A stretch of DNA of 64,000 bases from Takakia lepidozioides (Eukaryota; Plantae; Bryophyta). The stretch is from contig CM060734.1 of assembly GCA_030704615.1 (NCBI GenBank), positions 34,968,001 to 35,032,000 of the forward strand, read 5' to 3'. Below, one piece after another: positions 54,240 through 64,000 of the stretch (the stretch's first letter is position 1; each line of letters opens with the position of its first letter). Under the pieces are notes generated by a model, which made no database searches, was not told the origin of the DNA, and saw only the letters and a list, made by a program, of their open reading frames with translations. A program made the position numbers and the translations under genes.

Positions 54240-55709
54240 TCAGGGATTTGTTTGCTAGACTTGTTTGGAGGCATGAGCACTGGGCTTGCAGGAGTATTGC
54301 AAGCAGGGATTAAAGTACGCAAGTACTTGTATGTGGAGAAGGATGAGATAACTCGGCGTATTTCTATGCGGCATATCGCCTTGCTCACACACCGATATCC
54401 TGAGTTGTTGTCTCTCTCAGCAATAAAAGGGTATCAAAAGGCCTTGCCAGTAGACATTACCTTGTTGGGGGCGGATGATTTGGACCGGCATGGTGCCATT
54501 GACTTGGCGATAGCCTGACGGCCTTGCCAAGGACACTCTCCCGCAGGTCATAGGAATGGTTTGCATGATGTCGCGCACCTCACTTCGGTAAGCTCCCCCT
54601 TCAAGTCATAGTTACTCGCTTTGATGCGCGCGCCTGACTCCCAACCTGGCCGCCCGGGCCAACTTGGAGCTTCGGCTGCTCACCGGGACATAACGGTCCC
54701 CCTTCGCTTCCCTCTAAACCCTCTACCTATTTGGGACTAGGAGAATTCCCTTTGGTAGATGGCAGTCCGGAACAGCTCCCCACTCTTTGGTCGCTTTCCG
54801 GCTCGCGCGCTTACTCACTAGTTTTTGGTCACCAACGGGCTTGCACCGTTCTCGGGGTTACTACTCCCTATATATACTTCTGTAGTTGTCCGCGGGGGTT
54901 TCATAACCAGCCATGCCATTTTATGGCGAACCACCACGAAAACCCTCGACTCCCGGTGATGAGTCGCGGTGAGTCTTGGACCACTCACCACGGCCCCTAT
55001 GGACCGTGATGAGTCCCAAGACTCCCCACGACTCCCACCACGAGGTCTCCGCCCCCATGGTGAGTCCTATGCCACCCCCACTAAGTCCTGCTAAGCTACC
55101 ACCACCCCTTGAGCCACCCCCACCGCAACCCGGTGTGCGGGGCTCCACCTAGTGAGCGCCTCCGCTTCCCTGAGTGCCTTGGGCACTCAAGGGTGCTTCA
55201 GCCCCCCATACCTATCGCTGCCGCTGCCCCCACCACAGGGGCAGCCCCTCATGTGTCCCGACCCCCTGCCCTCAAGGCAAAGGGCCGCGACACATGATGC
55301 ACGACCGCATTTGTTTTGGGAGATGTTGCGAGTGTTGCGGGACTTGCCGACGAGGCAAGTGCAACCTCTACGCTATATCTTGGAGAATGTTCCTCTTATG
55401 GGGGATTCTCGGGCCAGGGTTATGGCTAGTATGCATCAGGTGCGGTCTTGGATTGGATCGGCGATGCTATTGGATGCAGCAGCGGTGGGATCCCACGCGC
55501 ATCGACCTCGATTGTGGTGGACCAATCTTGCACCACCAGAGCTGCTCAAGAGAGCATACGATTCCATTCAACGGCCACCCAATCTCACGGTTGAAAGCAT
55601 TTTGGACCAATGGAGGCAACCACAGAGAGTGCGACATGATGATTGTCCGCCTCTAGCAGTGGTCCATCGAGTGGGGCAGCCACGTGCGGCCTTGCCTACG
55701 CTCATGAGC
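54240..55709 (+). pseudogene. C5 cytosine DNA methyltransferase domain within retrotransposon pol, interrupted by a solo LTR
   Basis: Motif I LLDLFGGMSTG (54252-54284), II YVEKD, III DI, IV IDLAIA*RPCQGHS (Cys 54525), V GLHD|AR..LFWE, VI YILENV (55383), VIII SHAHRPRLWWTNL (~55491-55529). Confidence 0.9.
54569..55292. mobile_element. Solo LTR (724 bp) inserted in the DNMT domain
   Basis: Termini TGTCGCG...CGCGACA. 5-bp TSD CATGA at 54564-54568 and 55293-55297. Internal TATATATA near 54868. Removing it restores the frame GLHDARPHLFWEM. Confidence 0.92.
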
Positions 55710-56597
55710 AGGGAACAGTGGCCTGAGCAGGAACAGAATAGGTAGTCGAGCCTCCCGAGGCCTCTCTCGCCGCCATAGTTCTAATACTAGAGATGGAAAG
55801 TGGGTGAGGTCTGTATGGTGGAGTCCTTTAGCAAAGGTGCCATTGGCTTGACTTATATAGCGTGATAGAGTGGTTTCTCCTCTTTTCACCATTTCCGTAT
55901 CATTGTGGCGTGGTTTTCTAGGACTATATGCTAGGAAGTGTGGTTGGATAACGATGTATGTTGTGGCACGATGCTTAGGTGCACGACACGTTGCTCATAA
56001 CCACCACACTATCCTTTGCTTTCTGCAAACCTTGGAAATAACTAATATTTTATGTGCATTCCCAGTACATGTTTTATGTGTTTTATGGGCCGCAGCAGAC
56101 TTGCTTGCCTGGTAGACCCAGCAACAGACCTGCTTGCCCGGCAGACCCAATAGTAGATTGAGCCGCAGCGGACCCTCCGACGGGTAAGGGCGCTCCCAAC
56201 CTTCGCAACCCTCGCTGCTGCATGTGGGCCCCGCCGTAGGCACACGCATGCGCATTGAAGACGCTATTATCTTTCAATGAGAAACGATTGAAAGTACATG
56301 AAATTTAATGATGTGAGTTTTGTGACCTATAGCAACCCTCCCATCTATTTGGTTTGAATTTTTGCAAAAGATGTTGCTGATGATGTAGGCTGTAATACTC
56401 ATCTACAAATGATTTAGGTGGCCGACAACTTTGCAACCGCCTAATTCAAGCTGTTGCATTTTTTTCATTAATGTTTTTTTGCTGCAACCATGACCGAGGA
56501 AATGGATTGATGAATTTTCCAGCAACCATGACCATTCCAGCATTTTCTGGCGGTCATATCAATTTTAATTTAAAAACTGACATTTGATTATCAAATT

Positions 56598-57440
56598 ATG
56601 GTGGTCGCATGCCCGGACCACGTTTGGCACATAGAACGCACAAGTGCAGGGTCTCGTGTGAAATGTACAGCGATCAGGGCAACAAATTTCGAGAAGTGTA
56701 CTTCATCTATATCCAGAGATGGTGCCCGGACTCCTACTCCGACTTTCACGGGTTTGATGCGTCCATACGGTCAACCAGAAGCCAAGAACCACAAGTTCTG
56801 GTTCTGCACAGATGATTGTGGCAGATATGTGCATGGAACCGTGCGTCCTTCCGTGGTGATGAAACCAGCTCCTCCAACCGTTTGGCCCGTCAAGGTGGGA
56901 ACACATCTCACAAGTCAGGAGATTGCAATGCTGGAGGAGGCAGGCTTTTCCCTTGCGAGACAACCCCAACTGCATGCATGTGCTACTACTTCTACGTCCT
57001 CTCGGGTACCTCCGGCAAATCCTCACTTGTGGCCAACCTAACGAGATGGAAAGCTCGTTCGGCGTTTCCCTCCAACCGCTGAACACTTTGGCAAAGTGGA
57101 GTCCGCAAGAATGCTCCAAGCTCGTGTTGCAAGCACCACGGAAGTGCCCGATCCCGGATATGGTCGGGTGTATACAATGATCACTTCGACATCTGCTGTT
57201 CATGACAGGGCCTACGACATCACGGTTTCCAATTTCCCCAATTGCACATGTCCTGATTTTGTGAATATGCTATCAACCAGTTTGGGCAAGAGAGGTAAAT
57301 TCATACCCTGCAAACATTTGTATTTCATATTTTTGAAGAGGATGGTTTGCGATCCCAAACGTGACAACTTCGTTCACCAAGCCACTCTAAGTTTCAACGA
57401 GGTCGATACTCTATTGCAGCGCGATACAACACATAGGTAG
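56598..57440 (+). pseudogene. SWIM zinc-finger protein ORF with one in-frame stop
   Basis: ORFs 56598-57041 and 57096-57440 are in the same frame. YDITVSNFPNCTCPDF..PCKHLYFI fits the SWIM CxC..CxH pattern. Confidence 0.75.
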
Positions 57441-58088
57441 CATCAACTATGCAATGTGGTATGTGGACGACCATGCTATGAAATGTCTAATTTGCAACAT
57501 TGTCATGGAAATTCAATTCAAATCAATTCGTTTGCAACATCGTCGGCGGTGCAATGATATGGTGTCTCTTATCCCTCCATTATGCTTCTAACTATACCGA
57601 GTGAGCTCTGAGTGGCAACTTTTATAAGCACATGCATCATTGCACCGTTCGAAGTCTACATGTCTTCCTGTCGCTATGCACTGCAATCATCTTTTGAAGA
57701 TGATCCTAACTCTCATTGTTATTTGGGGAGGGACTCTGGTCTTCTCGTGGCAGCCTCTATGGTACACACTTTGTAAGGATATTTTCTCGTCCTCGTAATT
57801 GTAACAGTGAAAGAAATATTTGTAATTGCACAATGTTGGATGGTACAATTGTAGGCCTCATGGCAGTCTTGATTGTATTCAGCCAAGGATTCCCTGCATT
57901 AATCCCACGGTCATAGGACCATCCTCGGTTATAGGCGACGCATGTTAGTGCTGACGTGGCTAATGACAGTGCAGTGCCACGTCATCATTTGCCGCCACAT
58001 CAGCCTGCTGACATGACGCTCACGCCAGGTCAACGTGGGTGCAGGCTCACGCCACGTCAGCTAGCGTGAGCGTACGCTCGCGCCATTG

Positions 58089-58690
58089 CGTCGTTGTGCA
58101 TGGATTACGACTCAATCCATCTGCATCCCGATTGACAATACCGGCTCGATGCACCACCTGGAAGTCGCACTCTTGAAGTATAAGTGCCCACCGTGCAAGC
58201 TTCCCTGTAAGCTTGTCTGACTCCATCAACCACTTCAATGGTTGGTGATCCGTGACAAGGGTGAAGAGATTGCCATAGAGGTAGTATCTGCAATGTGCCA
58301 CTGCCCATACCGCAGCTAGATACTCCCATTCATAGGAACTATACTTCGTCTCGGCATCATTGTTCGAGCGGCTAGCATATGCCACTACGAACTCTCTTCC
58401 CTCATCATCCACCTGTGTGAGCACTGCTCCAATCCCCAAACATACTCCAATCCGTATATAGCTGGAAAGGCCGCCCCCGAATAAGCCGCCTCAGAATAGG
58501 TGCAGAAGTCAATCGAGCCTTGAGTTCCTCCTGCTCCTCCTCCCACTGCCACTCCTGACCCACCTTGGTCAACTTGGTAAGAACCCCTTGCCCGCTCTCG
58601 CTCATCCGCATTGGGCTTCACCAATTGCTGTAGCACACTGTCCCAAATCAACCCAAGACCATTGTCTCGGAAAGCATGAGAGGAAGCATG
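58089..58690 (-). pseudogene. DNMT C-terminal segment fused to Ty3/gypsy RT-connection/RNase H
   Basis: SSHAFRDNGLGLIWD..KPNADERERARG (58690-58583; motif IX-like), then LTKLTK..WQW..LTSAPIL..YTDWS..GIGAVLTQ..AYASR..VTDHQPLKWL..LARWAL..ADGLSR. Confidence 0.85.
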
Positions 58691-59004
58691 AACTCTCTTG
58701 TCATTAGTAGTGATCCCAAACACATTCCTCTCTTGTTGTATAGTATTGACCCCAAGCACTAGCTCAATTTTTTTATTTTTTATTTTTTTTGCTTTATCGC
58801 TGTTTCTCAATGTGACTGCATGTCACTACCACCTGTTCCTCCTTCTCTTTTGCTTTCTGGTCACCAATGTTGGGTGGTGCTATGAGGACTTAGCTACATT
58901 AAAAGAACAGGGAGGGGGGGGGGGGGATGTACTCATAAGACGTTAATTGCCATAGCCATAGACATGGAAACAGCAGCGACAGCAGCATGTGGGGGGGAGA
59001 CGTC

Positions 59005-59320
59005 ACGATGTTAGTTGGTAACCGAGAACTTATGACAGAGTTTGGCATTGAGATCTCAGTAGATGCTTGTGATATCTTGTAAGAAACTGAGACTCTCCCA
59101 AGAATAGGCATCTTGGTTGCAATTGGCAAGGAACTGATTGGAGCAATTGCGCCTATTGCTGATCCTATAAATCCTTTTGGATACTTTTCTGCTGCCACAT
59201 TGGCAATAACTTGTCAAAGTCACTCCAAACCACCACAGATCCACCAACGAGCTATGGACTACGGCCGTCAGAAGAGCAAGGGACGAAGTATTACCAAGGA
59301 CAAAATAGAGACGGTCACCT
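59005..59320 (+). pseudogene. P1B heavy-metal (Cu-type HMA) ATPase fragment
   Basis: LVGNRELMTEFGIEIS..ETETLPRIGILVAIGKELIGAIAPIADPINP and WTTA..RSITKDKIETV resemble the HMA N/P-domain. In-frame stop. Confidence 0.6.
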
Positions 59321-59862
59321 GGAAAGTGTCGGTGATCGCTGTGGAGATTGCTTTCTGTAGATGGGGTACATTGGCCTGGCAAAAAGTGGGGCCAAGAGCC
59401 ACATACTCTTTCTTGCTTTCTCTCCCTTACCATTCTCTTCTGCTAGGAAGGCCCACATGGCATCTACATGTGCTCTCAGTACTTTCTCCACTCGCTGACC
59501 CAACTCCTCTAAGGCAAAAACATGGATTTATAGACCAACACTACACAAGGAATGAGAAGGATTTCACATCAAGAAACAAATCAAATCATCAATAGCTAGA
59601 AGAGCTTATGAACTATCAAGGATTGTGACATGGGTACCTAAATAAATTGCTTCAACACAGAGACCGCTGAAGAAAGTTACCAACAGGACTACGACAGACA
59701 TCATTTTTTTTTTTTTTAAGGCATAACTTTGATCTCCACCGATTTTTTCAAGACTGACGAATATGAAATACAGTAATGCGACAACTTACAATGCAAACAT
59801 TTCTAAGGTGAGAGAAACTGCTGAGGTCAGTATCTTGCGAGATAGACATAAGGTCGGATTAC

Positions 59863-60384
59863 CTTCAATCTCCTTCCGAGTTCTTTGAGAAAACCAAAAA
59901 ACTCCGCAGTGCAGGAGCGCTCAAGAAACTCCACAATAATCTTGCCCATGGGGCCCTGTAGCTTTTCAACAGCTGCCTTGAACTCGGGATTCCTAACAAA
60001 GTCTGGTTATAGTCTGCTTTGAATCAGCAGCCAAGGCCTGGAACTCAGCCTCGTTCAAATTCTTGTTGATCTCCGTGTTGAAATAAGCGTTCCATTTCAT
60101 CAAAATCAGTGGTGATAAACCGTGGAGTCAACAGAGTATCCTTGCTAAGCTCCTTGATCCCCTTCTTTGGCAGACATCACCACCCTGTGGCCATTAGACA
60201 TGCCAAACGCCTTCAACGCAAAACCCAACTGGGCAATCCTGCATTGCCTGGAAGGAAGCGGGGAAGGAAGCGGGGAAAATGCCATCCTTGCTGTGCTCTG
60301 CAAGCTCAATCCTGCCCTTGCCTCCAGTGCCCTGGTTCTCGACACCATAACAGTCCCCATTGAGCAAGCCGCCATAGTTGCCAT
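59863..60384 (-). pseudogene. CRD1: Mg-protoporphyrin IX monomethyl ester cyclase (CHL27/CRD1) exon 1 pseudogene
   Basis: Transit-like MATMAACS.., then [75 protein letters not shown]|GT. Several frameshifts. Downstream exons not found. Confidence 0.92.
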
Positions 60385-61019
60385 CTCGGCCCCAACCAAC
60401 TTGGAAGTCCAACCCTCCTCAAGAAATCTTGTATCACCAGACAACCACTTAAACTCAGTAGCTACCGCGCTTCTTCTTGTAAGTCTGAAAGGAAAGTAGG
60501 TGTTTCCCTTATTTAAAAATTAATCATTTTTTAAGGGAAAAAAAAAAAACAGCGTTCTAGATCTAGTTTTCCTAAGAGAACGGCAGTGCCTCCAATTCAC
60601 TTGGGATTCTTCACCCTCTGCAGGGGAGTGACGAGTACTTAAAGAACTCCTAGCTCAGTGGGATGGCGTCGTTCCAGCAAATTCCCGAAGAGGAGGGATC
60701 TCTAGAGCAGATGGCAGCTCCTCTGCCCCACGAGATGTCAAACTGAGCGCTGTTACACCTGCAGCTTCCCAAGAAACCTGCCAAGCTGTCTTAGGGGCAT
60801 CAGACAACAGGTCTGAGTGAACCACTTGTGCCTGACCACCTCGTCATCTCTGAGGTGCTCCATCTCGCCCTCGGCCACCATTGTTCCCTTCGAACTGGCC
60901 TCGCCGCAACTTAGGGTGCAAGTTATAACACTAACCAGGTCCTCTCCATGCCCATACTTGCCACAATGCCCACAATGCAACTGTGCAGGTTGTGCTTGTG
61001 CCCACCCCCTCTAAGGGTT

Positions 61020-62220
61020 AGGGGCCTTTAAAACGTGGCTCCCAAGGTAGGAAAATTCTAGGATTTTGGGGGAGCATAGCCATTGAGGAGAGCTTCCGGA
61101 TGCACCGGAGGGGTAGCTCAGAAGGTCTATCAGTCCAGAGCTGGAGACCGAGACATTGAGAGACTAGGTGGGACAAAATCACTCCAACGCTACTCGGCTT
61201 CCCATCATAGAGGGGCGCACATCTAGCTTTCCTAATATGCCACAGCATAAGAGCTCTAACACAGGACTAGACCGGACAGTCAGACCACAAGTCACCATGA
61301 ATAAAGTTTAAAAACAAAATGGAATGGCAGGGTAATGCGAGGTTTTTCCACAGATTGTAAAACAAGAACGTGATTCCAGATAGCGGAGGCCAGGGGACAA
61401 TTGACCAGGCAGTGATCAATTGTTTCATGGGTTTGCACACGACACCAAGTACAATCCATAAGACCCTCCGGGAAATGATCGCACGGACTGGCAGGATTCT
61501 ATTGACCAGCTTCCACAAAAAAACACTTATATTTGAAGCCTTGTCTTTCCTCCACACATCCTTCCAAATAATAGTCCAATCTAGGTAGGGCAATCCGGTA
61601 GGTGAGTCCATTTCCTGGACCACTTGGAATCCATAGAAGCACCAGGCTTGAGAAGGGAGGCCAAATCCACTCACCGCGGTCAAATTGAAGGAGAGAAATG
61701 GGAGCTTGAAGGAACCAGTGGAGGTACGGGTTGGAATGTAACCCATTATCCAGCGAAGGGTTCACCTCCCCTGTTGCCAAACAGAAAACTTTTATGGGAA
61801 AGCATTGGAATTCAACCATTTCACAAAAGACCGGGGAAAAGAGGAACCAAACGATTTAACCTTGAACTTCCATCCTTGCAACAAGTCTCCAGATCTTGAC
61901 ATTGCGAAATCTAGGCTGGCGGGATACTACTGGTGACCAAGTCCCAACCTGCCACCGCTCTTCTGGAAGAAGGTTGGGAGTGGCTTTAAGCCTAGGGATC
62001 ATCGCACCGCTCCCTGGGTCAACCTTTATGGCACCCACTTTAGAGGTTATTTCTTCTCTTTGTATCCCTTGGGAATTTAGTCCCCCTGCTAGAAATTTCA
62101 GGGCTTCCATCCCCTTTTTTATTTTAAGAAAAAAACTGATAGTGAAACTCATTTGTGGGTGTCAATTTAACTTGGGCATATTTGGTAGGGGATAAGGCAT
62201 CTCCACCGGGGGTACACCAA
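61020..62220 (-). mobile_element. LINE ORF2 3' remnant with zf-RVT
   Basis: IWKDVW..NISVFLWKLVNRILPV..CTWC..ETIDHCLVNCP..IW, and LWHIRKARC. Confidence 0.8.
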
Positions 62221-64000
62221 ACATCATTGCAACGGTAACCTCCTGCGGCCTCCAACACTCCCCTCCCCCAGCGGCAACCCCATCAAACTACCCTGCACGT
62301 CTTTTTGGCCTACATGCCTTGCTCCGGAGGGACCACCTGGACAGACGCCGCCTTACCCTCACGCCATAAATGCAGTCGTGTTTTTTAGTCGCTCCAGCAG
62401 GTACCAGCCAGGCCTAGAGGGCCTCCATCCTGCACGAAATACGGCCAGGGGTGCGGATACCAGGGCCGGGGGCTCCTTTGCCGTTGCCGGGGCATTTAGG
62501 GACCCCTAGTTGAGATGCTCTAAGGACAAACAACTAAATGGTTTTAAGTTCTAAAATTTAGACTTGAAAGAAATGGTGGGTTTCCTCATGAAACGGGAAC
62601 AATTACTGTAAAATCACATCTCTGACCAAATTAGCATCTTATGCATCAGTGCATGCAATCCAATTTCGTTTCTACATAGCCCACCTTGTATATCAGCATT
62701 AATGCATGTAACTGGGTTCGCTTATTTGCTGGAGCAAGTGCAATTTACTGGGTTGGTAAGAAATGTCCTATATATGGCGTAATCGGTGAAGGGTTTCGAT
62801 CCCAAGGAGCGGTTGATTCCATTGAACACCTATAGTTTGTTGTTTTACACCACCAATTTGGTTTATATGGGTGGATGCCAAAGTGACTGAAAGACGAGAC
62901 TACTCAGAGAACAATTGAATGATCTAGTTTCTCTCCGCATGATATATCAAGTAAAAATAAGATAGAAAACCTTGCCGGTTGTTGCATGGCATATTCTATC
63001 ACAATCAGGGCTGCTTTCTCAACAACAAAGATGTCTGTGATCAAACAATGTACCATTCCAGGTATATCATCACCAAGGTGCCAAGTGTTGTTCATCCAAA
63101 CTAATGGAATACGTCCGCAATACTCGACCTGGTGTAACATTCTTGAATTGTAAGCTGCACATTGCTTGTAGAATAGTGCGACATGACAGCCTCTGAACTT
63201 CAACCTGTGTTCTCTGACCTCAGGACTTACAAGATTTGTAGACCTACAACATGAACGGCAATCTTATGAGAAGCAACCCTCTTTTAGAAAGGCCAGGAAG
63301 CAACCCTCTTGTATCTCACTTATCCAGGGATATCCAAGAAGCAAGAAGCAACCAAGAAGCAATCCTCTTTTTGGAAGGATATCCCTCTTTTAGGAAGCAA
63401 CCAGGGATATCCTTACCTCCCAGGATATCCTTATCTATCTCACTCTGCATTATGGATACCAAATTTGGCAACTGGTTGCAGACTTTCGTAACTCAGAGAC
63501 AGTTGTGTCATTTCAAATGAGTGGTCAAAGAACAACAAGAATAAACTTCAAAGCATTGCTACCCAAAAGCTCCCCAAAAGCTCGCAAGTCAGATGTATGA
63601 AGTGATTCATATTAACCACCAATGTCTGCTGGGGGAAGGCTATCGAGGATTTCCTCCATTAGTATTGGGGTCCATAGTAAGGTTCACCTGCAGAAAGTGA
63701 AACATAACAAGTTTTCTTCAGTTCCCCCAAGCAATCTTGCAATGGGCCCCAAAGTGTCGGTGATGAAATGTCATTGTGCTGTTGGTGAGAGGCTTCATCC
63801 GCGGTGTTGAGCTGGAGTGCACTGCCTTTATAACTAGAGTAGATTAAAATCAAAGAGAGCACACTCCAGGAATCCAATCGACAAATACGACAATCGGTAC
63901 CAATTCCAAGCAAAAATACTCTTGGTCTCATTTCTTATCAGTTCAAACAACTGCGCACTGGAAGATCGCGACACATTACAAATACCTATGAAACCCCCAT

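Noticed and set aside
54240-55709. Host DRM/DNMT3 gene or bacterial restriction-modification methyltransferase contamination
   Set aside because: Motifs are in non-permuted order (not DRM), there are no introns or host N-terminal domains, it is flanked by retropepsin and RNase H, and it carries a eukaryotic solo LTR with TSD.
55717-58088. CAGTGGC...GCCATTG as terminal inverted repeats of a DNA transposon around the SWIM ORF
   Set aside because: Only 6 of 7 bp match and there is no target-site duplication.
60930-60990. Zinc-knuckle-like CGHCGKYGH on the minus strand
   Set aside because: Incomplete motif with no assignable gag or ORF1 context.

Overview
Eukaryotic nuclear DNA from a land plant. 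The Tcn1-type chromovirus, PLS-class PPR repeats and GT-AG introns suggest a non-seed plant such as a moss (inference). The window is dominated by transposable elements and pseudogenes. The only clearly intact host gene is a 5-exon plastid-targeted class II DAHP synthase (40494-43202, +). Other content: a complete but decayed Ty3/gypsy chromovirus (3171-9578, -; TG..CA LTRs, GTATG target-site duplication) inserted into a scrambled MULE transposase; a partial second copy of it; Ty1/copia and LINE remnants; a tandem repeat carrying tRNA-like modules; and pseudogenes or fragments of aleurain/cathepsin H, V-PPase, F-box/kelch, PPR, heavy-metal ATPase and CHL27/CRD1. The standout is a broken Ty3/gypsy pol that carries a C5 cytosine DNA methyltransferase. 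The order is retropepsin (53432-53965), then DNMT motifs I, IV, VI and VIII (54240-55709, split by a solo LTR), then, after a 3 kb inversion, the DNMT C-terminal part fused directly to gypsy RNase H (58089-58690, -). All calls are from manual reading and motif recognition; no database searches were run.
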